Below are positions 16,781 to 25,372 of a stretch of 55,141 nucleotides of DNA, one piece after another. The notes under the pieces are model-generated. The model did not search any database, was not told the origin of the DNA, and was given only the letters and a program-made list of their open reading frames with translations. Position 1 is the first letter of the stretch. Each line of letters starts with the position of its first letter. This DNA comes from Hyphomicrobiaceae bacterium UBA2767 (lineage in GTDB: Bacteria; Pseudomonadota; Alphaproteobacteria; Rhizobiales; Methyloligellaceae). Location of the stretch: positions 11,545 through 66,685 of the forward strand of contig DEIT01000193.1 in assembly GCA_002352635.1 (NCBI GenBank). Reading direction: 5' to 3'. The position numbers were made by a program, and so were the translations under genes.

Positions 16781-18391
16781 ATGACCACGAATCCCTTCAT
16801 CAACAAAACATATGCGCAATCGATTTCTTACGTTGCCGAAACCTATGGCGATGCAACTGCGCTAACCTTCGAAGGCAGAGACTACAGTTACAAAGATATC
16901 AAGAGGGAAGTAGATCGTGCATCGGGGCGATTGGCAGCGCTCGGCGTGAAGCGCGGCGAAACCGTCGGTATTTGGCTCCCCAACTGTCCGGAGTTCGCAT
17001 GGCTTTGGTTCGGAGCGGCGCAAATTGGTGCGATTCCTGTTATCATGAATACATGGCTCCGCCGCGCCGAATTCGAATACCAGATTGCTCAGTCTGAGAG
17101 TGTGGTCGTTTGTGTGCGCGGTCCAGGAGCGTTCCGCGACTTCCTGGGAGAACTGGCAGAAGTCTGCCCGGCGATTCGAGATGGAGAATTGCCGGCCGCG
17201 CCTTTCCCGAAGTTGAGGCAGGTCGTGACACTGGACCCGCTGGAAGAGGGGTGGGGACATATCGTCGATTGGGATTCCCTGGGGGATGATCATCCTGTGC
17301 CCCCTTATAGTGACGACCCAAACTCACCGGCTCTCATCGCATATAGTTCCGGAACGACATCGTTGCCCAAGGGTGCCATGCTGTCACACTGCATCTGGCG
17401 CAAGGCTTGGGATGGATCACGTTTTCTCGATATGACTCCCGAGGATTGCCTCTATCTGACTGTGCCACTGTTTGGTGTTCTCGGCTGCATCAACGGTCTT
17501 TTGATGCTCTGGGCTAATGGCGGCAGAGTTATCCTGCGTGAGCGCTTCGATCCGACTGACCTGATCAAGACCATCAGCAGTGAAAAGTGTACGCTTGCCC
17601 ATCTGCTGCCGACAATGGTCGACCGCATTGCCGAACACCCGGACTACAACAAGGAAGCGTTCGAGACGCTTCGCGGCGGTGTATTGCTGAGTAGTCAAAA
17701 GGAGCATTTTTTACGGGCGATGGAAGTAATGTGCGCATCTGGTTACACGTCGGGTTATGGACTGACTGAATCAACGGGCTTGGTTACGCGCTGTCGCTGG
17801 GACGATTCACTCGAAGTACGTCTATCCCACCAGGGCTGGCCGTTACCGGATTGCCCCATTCGTATCATCGATTTGAAGACCGGCGAGGACTTATCGCCCG
17901 GTGAAGAAGGCGAAATTCTTGTCGGGGGGTATTCCGTGATGCTTGGCTACTTTAACAAACCCGAGGAGACAGCGCAAAGTATCACTGAAGATGGGTGGCT
18001 GCGTTCCGGCGATCTTGGGCGATTGGACGCTGACGGGGCATTAAAGTTCTTGCGGCGTATCAAAGACGGATACAAGCATAAGGGCTTCAACGTTTCCACT
18101 CCTGAGGTGGAAGCGTCAGTAATAAAATTCCCAGGCGTCGTGGCCGCAGCGGTCGTTGGCGTTCCTGACTCGCAACATGGCGAACGCGGCGTGGCCTTCA
18201 TCATCTCCGAGGGGGGTGCTTCTCCAGAACCTGCTGAACTTTTGGCGTTTCTTAAGACCCAGCTTTCTTCGTTCAAGGTCCCTGAGACGATATTTGTGGT
18301 TGATGAATTTCCGCTAACATCGGGAACGGATAAAGTTCGAAAGTTTAAATTGCGTGAAATGGCAATGGAGAACCTCGGAATAGAAGCCTGA
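16781..18391 (+). CDS. Acyl-CoA synthetase (ANL superfamily), tandem copy 3
   Basis: I start it at ATG 16781 (MTTNPFINKTYAQSI), which aligns with the N-termini of copies 1 and 2. The track start at 16709 overlaps copy 2. Motifs are AYSSGTTSLPKGAM and GTDKVRKFKLRE. Confidence 0.9.
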   Translation: MTTNPFINKTYAQSISYVAETYGDATALTFEGRDYSYKDIKREVDRASGRLAALGVKRGETVGIWLPNCPEFAWLWFGAAQIGAIPVIMNTWLRRAEFEYQIAQSESVVVCVRGPGAFRDFLGELAEVCPAIRDGELPAAPFPKLRQVVTLDPLEEGWGHIVDWDSLGDDHPVPPYSDDPNSPALIAYSSGTTSLPKGAMLSHCIWRKAWDGSRFLDMTPEDCLYLTVPLFGVLGCINGLLMLWANGGRVILRERFDPTDLIKTISSEKCTLAHLLPTMVDRIAEHPDYNKEAFETLRGGVLLSSQKEHFLRAMEVMCASGYTSGYGLTESTGLVTRCRWDDSLEVRLSHQGWPLPDCPIRIIDLKTGEDLSPGEEGEILVGGYSVMLGYFNKPEETAQSITEDGWLRSGDLGRLDADGALKFLRRIKDGYKHKGFNVSTPEVEASVIKFPGVVAAAVVGVPDSQHGERGVAFIISEGGASPEPAELLAFLKTQLSSFKVPETIFVVDEFPLTSGTDKVRKFKLREMAMENLGIEA

Positions 18392-18470
18392 ACCCAACAC
18401 TGATTTGGTGCGGTATTTCCATCGCCTTATGCTTTCCCAGCAACGCCGGTACCGGCGAAAAGCAATTTTC

Positions 18471-19490
18471 ATGACAGATATGAACCAAACTCCAGAGATC
18501 GATTGCTCCAAATCTTCCGTATGTCGATTGCTCGGCATTCGGTTTCCGATTTTACAGGGCGGCATGACGCTTGTTGGCACAGCTAAGCTTGCTTCGGCGG
18601 TATCGGAGGGCGGCGGGCTTGGCGTCGTTTCGGCGGGGCGTATGGATGTGGAAACATTTGAGCGGGAATTAGAAGATGCCATTGCCATGACGGACAAGCC
18701 GCTCGGCGTAAATATTCCCGTCGGCCGGAATATTGAATGGATGAAGGCCATTTTCGACATGGCCCTGCAACGGAATGTCAAAATAGTTCTCATTGGTGGC
18801 GGTGATCCGAAGCCGTGGAGCCCGCTGGTGAAGGCCGCTGGAAAGTTGCTTGGCATCGTCGTCGCATCGCCTCAGCAGGCCGCTAAAGCTGAGGCCACGG
18901 GGGCGGATCTGGTGATCGCCGAAAGTATCGAGGCGGGCGGGCGGACAAGCCGCGATGAAATTTCCGGCGTGACCTTGATACCCGCGACCGCAGACAGGAT
19001 TTCCGTTCCATTGGTCGCGGCCGGTGGCATCGTGGATGGGCGTGGCCTGGCCGCTGCGCTGGCTCTTGGCGCGGACGCGGTTCAAATGGGCACTCGCTTC
19101 ATGCTGGCCAAGGAATCTCCTCTGCACCAGAATGCCTGGGAGGCGATGCTGGCGTCCGATATCACCGATACTTTAGTGGTGGGAAACCACCACCGGATGG
19201 GACGGCGTGTACTGCACAGCGCCGCGTCTGAAAAGGTTAGGCAGCGGGAGGACGACGCCTCGCCCGAAGAGATGATCGAGATGCTGTCCGGCGAGTGGAG
19301 CCGGCAGGGGCTGCATCTCGGCAACCTCCAGCAAGGCCTGATTGCCTGCGGCCAGGGTGTCGGCTTGATCCACGAGGTTCTACCCGCTGCCGACATTATC
19401 GCCAATGCTGTTCGGCAGGCGGAACAGCATTTGCAGCGAGCTTTTTCGATCGTCCGAAACCCCAAACGTTCATCAACTCGTTGTGAATGA
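18471..19490 (+). CDS. FMN-dependent nitronate monooxygenase / FabK-like enoyl reductase family protein
   Basis: ATG 18471. LLGIRFPILQGGMTLVGTAKLASAVSEGGGLGVV...VAAGGIVDGRGLAAALALGADAVQMGTRF is the NMO/2-nitropropane-dioxygenase TIM-barrel signature. Confidence 0.8.
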   Translation: MTDMNQTPEIDCSKSSVCRLLGIRFPILQGGMTLVGTAKLASAVSEGGGLGVVSAGRMDVETFERELEDAIAMTDKPLGVNIPVGRNIEWMKAIFDMALQRNVKIVLIGGGDPKPWSPLVKAAGKLLGIVVASPQQAAKAEATGADLVIAESIEAGGRTSRDEISGVTLIPATADRISVPLVAAGGIVDGRGLAAALALGADAVQMGTRFMLAKESPLHQNAWEAMLASDITDTLVVGNHHRMGRRVLHSAASEKVRQREDDASPEEMIEMLSGEWSRQGLHLGNLQQGLIACGQGVGLIHEVLPAADIIANAVRQAEQHLQRAFSIVRNPKRSSTRCE

Positions 19491-20901
19491 GCAGACTGCA
19501 CTTGGCGACACCGCGGCGGCGGACAAAACGATCCGGACGGTTGAACTGATCGGGGCCGGTCTATTGTTAACTTGCGCCGTCCTTGCCGCGGCTGGAGGTT
19601 TGGCAAACCTATATCTGTTTACAGCGGCGGCAATGATCGTGCTTGGCCTGTTCCTGGTATGGGAAATTTCCCGCGTGCCGATGCAGCAACTGATAATGGC
19701 TGGCGCACTCTTTGTCCTGGGATGTTTGGCAGTGCTGCCTTCGCACGAATTTCTGGATGTTCTGCTGCAGGCTTTCGAGGGTACGTTTATCTTCGTCGCC
19801 TTATTCGTTGGTATCGCTTTCCTCCAATATCCCGCACTTAACAGCCCGTCCTTTCATGCGACGCGCGAATTCATCACTAGCCAGCCAGCGGGGCGTCGTT
19901 ACCTGATCCTGAGCGTTTCGGCACACCTGCTGGGCGCGCTCACCAACTTCTCCGCCCTCGGCCTGTTGACCACGTTCCTGCACGGCAAGCTTGAGAAACA
20001 CGCCCGGCAAAGGATGGCTTGCGCAATGATGCGGGGGTTTGGTCTTACAGCCATCTGGTCACCCTTCTTCATTTCGATCGCCGTCATCCTGCATGTGAAA
20101 CCGGAACTGAAGTGGCTGGATATTGCGATACCCGGGTTCCCGCTCGCCGCGCTCATGCTCATTTACTCCTGGGCGTATGACCGGCTCAGTAATCGCCCTG
20201 CCCCGCACGCGCGCGCAAGCGCTGCATCGGTCAACACGACGCCCAAGCTGTCGGGGCAGGTGATTACGAAAATCGCCTTCCTCGCATTCGTACTCGTTCT
20301 AATGCTTGTGATGTCATCGGAAATGTTGGTGGTTTCGATCCCGATCGCGATTATTCTCGTGATCCCTGCATTTTCCATCGGCTGGCAATTGTTGCTGGTC
20401 CGTTCTGGCGCGGACGGCAATATATCCGGCATGCTGCCGAGAGTTGCTGACGAAATTGCAAAGCTTAGAGCCCAGGTCTTCATTTTCCTGGCCGCGAATT
20501 TTCTTGGTTACGGCGCGGCGCGGGCCATCGATCCAGATTTAATTTCTTCGACACTTCTTGGCGCGGGAATTGAGGGCTGGGCCGCGATATATGTGCTGCT
20601 GGCAACAATGCTGATCTGCACTCTTCTCATGTTTCACCCCTTGGCGCTGGTCGTCTTGGTCGGTCAGGTTTTCCCCGGTGAAGATCTCGGTGTGCATAAC
20701 GTCAGCGTGGCGCTGTGTATGGCTTTGGTTTGGGCAGTCGGGACGACCAGCTCACCTGCCTCCGGGCTCACATTGTACATGATGCGCGTGTTGAACGAAT
20801 CTCCCTGGCGTATTGCGTGGGGATGGAACGGTGTTTATGCGATTGGCGGGTTTATTGTTGGAGGGCTCTATATTTCCCTGGTCAACAAGTGGTTGCTGTG
20901 A
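19483..20901 (+). CDS. Polytopic inner-membrane protein of unrecognised family (putative permease)
   Basis: About 470 aa and highly hydrophobic, with roughly a dozen predicted helices by eye. The start is uncertain. GTG 19483 overlaps the NMO stop by 8 nt, while the track start at 19405 would overlap by 86 nt. Confidence 0.6.
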   Translation: MNEQTALGDTAAADKTIRTVELIGAGLLLTCAVLAAAGGLANLYLFTAAAMIVLGLFLVWEISRVPMQQLIMAGALFVLGCLAVLPSHEFLDVLLQAFEGTFIFVALFVGIAFLQYPALNSPSFHATREFITSQPAGRRYLILSVSAHLLGALTNFSALGLLTTFLHGKLEKHARQRMACAMMRGFGLTAIWSPFFISIAVILHVKPELKWLDIAIPGFPLAALMLIYSWAYDRLSNRPAPHARASAASVNTTPKLSGQVITKIAFLAFVLVLMLVMSSEMLVVSIPIAIILVIPAFSIGWQLLLVRSGADGNISGMLPRVADEIAKLRAQVFIFLAANFLGYGAARAIDPDLISSTLLGAGIEGWAAIYVLLATMLICTLLMFHPLALVVLVGQVFPGEDLGVHNVSVALCMALVWAVGTTSSPASGLTLYMMRVLNESPWRIAWGWNGVYAIGGFIVGGLYISLVNKWLL

Positions 20902-20972
20902 CTGCCGGGACGAAAGTCATCCAGATTAATGAAGTGAATTCAATAGATATTCTCAAGGAGAGGAAACGGAAT

Positions 20973-21746
20973 ATGTGCAGTAAAGAACTCGTCACACTCG
21001 ATAGGCCCGAGAAACGGATTTCTCGCGTGACGCTCAATCGTCCAGAAAAGCGCAATGCTCTTAGCCCGGAACTGCGCGAGGCACTCCTCGCCCGGCTCCT
21101 TGAGGCGGTAGCGGACGAGACTACCCGGGCGGTTATCGTGACCGCTAACGGGGGACATTTTTCAGCTGGCGGCGATCTGGCCAGCCTCGCCGGGATAGAT
21201 GCGGTCGCGGGCCGGCGCCGGATCAAGCGCGGCCACGAGATCGTTCAGCTCATCCTTACAAGCGACAAACCGATCATCAGCGCCGTCGAGGGTTACGCTA
21301 TGGGGGCTGGCGCCGGACTGGCGATCGCGTGCGATACAGTCGTTGTCGACAAAGGGACGACCGTTGGGTTTCCATTTCTTAAGGTCGGGCTCGGGCCGGA
21401 TTATGGCGTTTCATATACGTTGATGCGGCGGATGACACCGGGGTCCGCGCGCCACGCTTTTCTTCACGCTAAAAACTTTAGCGGTGAGGAGGCGGTCGCA
21501 TGCGGCCTTGCCGACGAACTTGCGGAGGCCGGTAATGTGCAAAACCGTGCGCTCGAGCTCGCCGCAAACCTTGCGTCCTTGCCTCCACACGCACTGGCGC
21601 TCGCCAAGCGGCAATTTGTGCTGGCGCCGGCAGATTTCGATGGTGCGGCTGAGATGGAGGCTATGACCCAGGCGATTTGCTTTGAAGGCAAGGAATTTCT
21701 CGAAGGGGTAGCCGCATTCACGCAGAAGCGCCGGCCAAAATTTTAG
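20973..21746 (+). CDS. Enoyl-CoA hydratase/isomerase (crotonase) #1
   Basis: ATG 20973 follows AGGAGAGG. The crotonase oxyanion-hole region is VTLNRPEKRNALS...GGHFSAGGDL...EGYAMGAGAGLAIACD. Confidence 0.85.
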   Translation: MCSKELVTLDRPEKRISRVTLNRPEKRNALSPELREALLARLLEAVADETTRAVIVTANGGHFSAGGDLASLAGIDAVAGRRRIKRGHEIVQLILTSDKPIISAVEGYAMGAGAGLAIACDTVVVDKGTTVGFPFLKVGLGPDYGVSYTLMRRMTPGSARHAFLHAKNFSGEEAVACGLADELAEAGNVQNRALELAANLASLPPHALALAKRQFVLAPADFDGAAEMEAMTQAICFEGKEFLEGVAAFTQKRRPKF

Positions 21747-23034
21747 CTCGTGGAGGTATGTCGCTCATGCGGCTGTAAATCGCCGTTACAATGACAAAAG
21801 TAACGGTCATCATTCCGAAGACCAGTCGATAGCCCAGCACCGAGCCCGTCACGTTCGGATCAACCGTGACGGCGCCAATAATAAACCCTGTGACATACTG
21901 CACGACGAAAATGCCAGTGACGGCGAACAAATTGAAGAGCGACACGACGCGGCCCGCATATTCGGGGGGGAAAAGAGCCTGACCATGGGCAAGGACAACG
22001 ATAAAAAATGGCGATAACAGAGAAATCAGAGTGAACAGCGGTACGGCGAGCCAGAGATGCGCATAACCGAAAGCGGCAAGGGCCAGGAATGTAGCTGCTA
22101 TCAACGATGTGCTGACTAGTATTACAGTGCGCCGCGTGTTGAAAAAACGCTCTATTGGGCCGAATATCAGCATGCCAATAACCATCCCGATAGCCACGAC
22201 GAGCAGCATATAGCTTCGATCAATTGCCGAGATATGGTGGACGTCTTTCAAGAATGGGCCGGCCCACAACCCGATCGTTATCTGCAAGGGGCTGTACATA
22301 AACAACGCAATTGCAAGGGCGGGCCATATTCGGTGGTCTTTTAGAACCATACCAAGACCTTTGATGCTGCCGCGCAGCGTCTTCTTGCTTCTTACGGCGT
22401 CTTCGCCAGGTTCTTTAGTGCCTGTGTCGGGAAAATCTCGCGTGACGATGTATGTTGGCAAGGCCACAACGATTGTAGCGACTCCCAGCATGCTGAATAC
22501 AGACCGCAAATCCGAAAGTTCGATCAGGTAGGCGAGAGGAAGCGTAGCGCAAAGTGCGCCAATCCCTCCAACGAAGAGATAGCGCCCGGTCAGGGTTGCA
22601 ATGAGCTCAATGCTTCCCCAGTTGACGAATATCGTGTTGGTGCCCAAGAGGGTTGCCGCGAATCCAAGGCCGAGCAGTGCGCGGCCGATGAAAATGCCGC
22701 TCCAGCTATCAGCGACAGCGATGACAAAACAGCCAGCCACCGAAAGCAGAGTCATAGTCGATATTATGATGCGAGGACCATACCGATCGATGAGAATGGC
22801 CGACGGGAGTTGTATGAACCCCTGAGCCAGGAACATAGCCCCCATGGCCAGACCAATCTGCTTGGCATTGAGCATGAGTTCCTCGACGAATATAGGCGCG
22901 AGAACGCCTCCGGAACTCCGATGAAACTGCCCCAGCGCGAACAGCATACTAAGGGCGAGAAACATCACGATGAAGCGGGGGCTACGTAACCGTGAGCGGA
23001 CAGGCTGAAGTGCCGAGTTGGGCGTCGAAGACAC
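21718..23034 (-). CDS. MFS transporter
   Basis: 438 aa with about 12 hydrophobic segments. An MFS-like DRYGPR loop follows TM2. Its 3' end overlaps the convergent crotonase by 29 nt. Confidence 0.8.
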   Translation of the reverse strand: MSSTPNSALQPVRSRLRSPRFIVMFLALSMLFALGQFHRSSGGVLAPIFVEELMLNAKQIGLAMGAMFLAQGFIQLPSAILIDRYGPRIIISTMTLLSVAGCFVIAVADSWSGIFIGRALLGLGFAATLLGTNTIFVNWGSIELIATLTGRYLFVGGIGALCATLPLAYLIELSDLRSVFSMLGVATIVVALPTYIVTRDFPDTGTKEPGEDAVRSKKTLRGSIKGLGMVLKDHRIWPALAIALFMYSPLQITIGLWAGPFLKDVHHISAIDRSYMLLVVAIGMVIGMLIFGPIERFFNTRRTVILVSTSLIAATFLALAAFGYAHLWLAVPLFTLISLLSPFFIVVLAHGQALFPPEYAGRVVSLFNLFAVTGIFVVQYVTGFIIGAVTVDPNVTGSVLGYRLVFGMMTVTFVIVTAIYSRMSDIPPRAKILAGASA

Positions 23035-23176
23035 GAACTCGCCTTTCGTTGGGGTGGGAGGAAGAGTACAATATAGAGGTCAATATGATATATTAATGAG
23101 TCATTCAGGATGAATCGAATCCTAATTGCAGTTATGCTCAGGATTTGATCGTGATTGTTGGGCAGGTAAATACGTT

Positions 23177-24310
23177 ATGAAACAAGACTCTAGGCTGGTT
23201 CCGGACCGTGATGACAATGCGTCTTTGTCATCGTTTGAGGACGTCATCGCTGATATCCGTCAGGGCCGCATGGTTATACTGATCGATGATGAACGCCGTG
23301 AAAACGAGGGCGATTTCGTCATCGCCGCTCAGTTTGCAGATGTCGAAGCGATAAACTTCATGGCTCGTTTCGGGCGTGGATTGATCTGCCTCTCCCTGAC
23401 CAGTGAACGCGTCAAGGAACTTGGCCTTCCGCCTATGTCTCACCGCGATAGTGGGAAGCTTGGCACCGCGTTTACTGTTTCGATCGAGGCCCGCGATGGC
23501 ATCACCACCGGCATCTCGGCTGGCGACCGGGCTCGAACCATCGCTGTCGCGATAGACTCTGCAATGGACCACAACGACCTTGTGTCTCCTGGCCACATTT
23601 TCCCGCTTATGGCTCGCGACGGCGGGGTTCTCGTCAGGGCGGGGCACACAGAGGGTGTGGTCGATCTTGCCCGTCTGGCGGGGCTTACCCCTGCCGGGGT
23701 CATTTGCGAAATCATGAACGATGACGGGACCATGGCGCGGCTGCCCGACTTATTGAAGGTCGCGGCCCAGCACGATGTAAAAATCGCGTCTATCGCCAGC
23801 ATTATCAACTATCGCCGGCGGAACGAAAAACTGATCGAGCGTATACTGGAGCGCGAACTGGAGAGCCGCCATGGCGGGAAATTCAAACTTATCGTTTACC
23901 GAAACCGGGTGGACGGCGTCGAGCATGTTGCGCTCGTTAAGGGCGAAGTGCCAGGCAAGACGCCGATTTTCGTTCGCGTCCATGCCGTCAATCTGCTGGA
24001 TGATATTGTCGGTGATTTGTCCTATGAAAACGGCGGAGAAATCTACCGTGCAATGGAACGGATCGGCAAAATCGGCGCCGGTGTGATCGTTTTGATACGG
24101 GAAGCGCACAATGCAAGTCCTTCGGAAGTACTAAAACAGCGCGAGGGACAGGCGCAAAAAAGCGGCAGCAACCTTCGGGACTATGGGATCGGCGCACAAA
24201 TTCTCGCCGATCTAAATTTAACAGACATGATCCTCCTCACAAATAGCAAGAGGCCGATAGCGGGCCTTGAAGGGTACGGGCTGCGAATAGCTGGACGTGA
24301 GCCAATATAG
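23177..24310 (+). CDS. ribB: 3,4-dihydroxy-2-butanone-4-phosphate synthase (RibB) fused to a degenerate GTP-cyclohydrolase-II-like domain
   Basis: The DHBPS motifs IDDERRENEGDFVIAA and LVRAGHTEGVVDLARLAG are intact. The C-terminal domain aligns to RibA, but the Zn-ligand cysteines are replaced (RVHAVNLLDDIVGDLSYENGG versus [21 protein letters not shown] in ORF 30935). Confidence 0.8.
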   Translation: MKQDSRLVPDRDDNASLSSFEDVIADIRQGRMVILIDDERRENEGDFVIAAQFADVEAINFMARFGRGLICLSLTSERVKELGLPPMSHRDSGKLGTAFTVSIEARDGITTGISAGDRARTIAVAIDSAMDHNDLVSPGHIFPLMARDGGVLVRAGHTEGVVDLARLAGLTPAGVICEIMNDDGTMARLPDLLKVAAQHDVKIASIASIINYRRRNEKLIERILERELESRHGGKFKLIVYRNRVDGVEHVALVKGEVPGKTPIFVRVHAVNLLDDIVGDLSYENGGEIYRAMERIGKIGAGVIVLIREAHNASPSEVLKQREGQAQKSGSNLRDYGIGAQILADLNLTDMILLTNSKRPIAGLEGYGLRIAGREPI

Positions 24311-24425
24311 ATTCTTACTGCGACAAATTCACTTGTAAGCGCTCACTGCAAAAAAAACGTGAGATTTGCAGGAAAAATCACTGAATCTTACGGTGTACAA
24401 TCAGGCTATTACGTAAAAAAAGGTT

Positions 24426-24454
24426 TTGCATATTATGTCACATTTCAGTAAAAT
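24426..24454 (+). promoter_or_regulatory. Sigma70-like promoter TTGCAT-N17-TAAAAT upstream of the FabG-ligase-DszC-like-MaoC-hydrolase-BC-RibA operon
   Basis: I counted the hexamers and the 17-nt spacer directly. It lies about 110 nt upstream of ATG 24564 in an AT-rich 253-nt gap. Confidence 0.35.
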
Positions 24455-24563
24455 CGTATTAATATAAATTGGTACATTTTGCGATTGTGATCGTCGCGCC
24501 AATTAAAGTGTTCTGGCGCATATTGACGCCAATAGTGAACAGGGGGGTTCGTTTAGAAAAATC

Positions 24564-25337
24564 ATGACAAAAAGATTTTCTGGCCGTAAGGCCGTTGTCA
24601 CCGGAGGCGCCGGAGGGTTGGGCCGGGCAACTGCGGAATTGTTTGCCCGCGATGGCGCGGATGTGGCGATTTGCGAGATCGATATCGAGACTGCCGCCAA
24701 GACTGCGAATGAGATCTCTTCGGCGCATGGAGTCAAATGCATCGCCTCCGAGTGCGATGTCTCAAATTTCGAAAGCGTCGAGACCGCGTTCGGCGGCATC
24801 GCCGAGGATTTGGGTGGGCTCGATATTCTTGTCAACAATGCAGGCGTTACCCGCGACAATCTTATCTTCAAGATGTCAGATACAGACTGGGATACAGTCA
24901 TGGGAGTCCATTTGCGTGGCGCCTTTGCATGTTCTCGCGCAGCGCAGCGCATCATGGTCGATCAGAAGTTCGGAAAAATCGTCAATATCTCGTCGACCTC
25001 CGCACTCGGCAACCGCGGCCAAGTGAATTACTCAACCGCCAAGGCGGGTTTGCAGGGTTTTACGCGGACCCTCGCGCTGGAGCTTGGTCGCTTCAACATC
25101 AATGTGAATTGCGTTGCGCCGGGTTTCATTGACACGGAAATGACGCGCTCCACGGCACAGCGCCTGGGCATCGATCCAGAGGAATATAAACAGCAACGCG
25201 CCAAGAACATTGCGGTTCAGCGGGTTGGCGTGCCGCAAGATGTCGCCAATGTTGTCGCGTTCTTGTGCAGCGACGATGCGGGCTTTGTCAGCGGTCAGGT
25301 AATTTACGTGAGTGGCGGTCCGGAAACCCGCCGGTAG
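24564..25337 (+). CDS. SDR, FabG-like 3-oxoacyl reductase
   Basis: 257 aa. Motifs are VVTGGAGGLGRA, NNAGVTRD, and S..NYSTAKAG for the catalytic Tyr/Lys. Confidence 0.85.
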   Translation: MTKRFSGRKAVVTGGAGGLGRATAELFARDGADVAICEIDIETAAKTANEISSAHGVKCIASECDVSNFESVETAFGGIAEDLGGLDILVNNAGVTRDNLIFKMSDTDWDTVMGVHLRGAFACSRAAQRIMVDQKFGKIVNISSTSALGNRGQVNYSTAKAGLQGFTRTLALELGRFNINVNCVAPGFIDTEMTRSTAQRLGIDPEEYKQQRAKNIAVQRVGVPQDVANVVAFLCSDDAGFVSGQVIYVSGGPETRR

Positions 25338-25372
25338 ATTTCACTGTATTGAGTAACGGGAGGCATTGGAAA

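Noticed and set aside
23035-23176. An FMN (RFN) riboswitch upstream of ribB, and likewise upstream of ribA at 30923-30934
   Set aside because: No conserved RFN helices are visible in the 142 nt upstream of ribB, and only 12 nt separate ribA from the preceding gene. This needs covariance-model confirmation.
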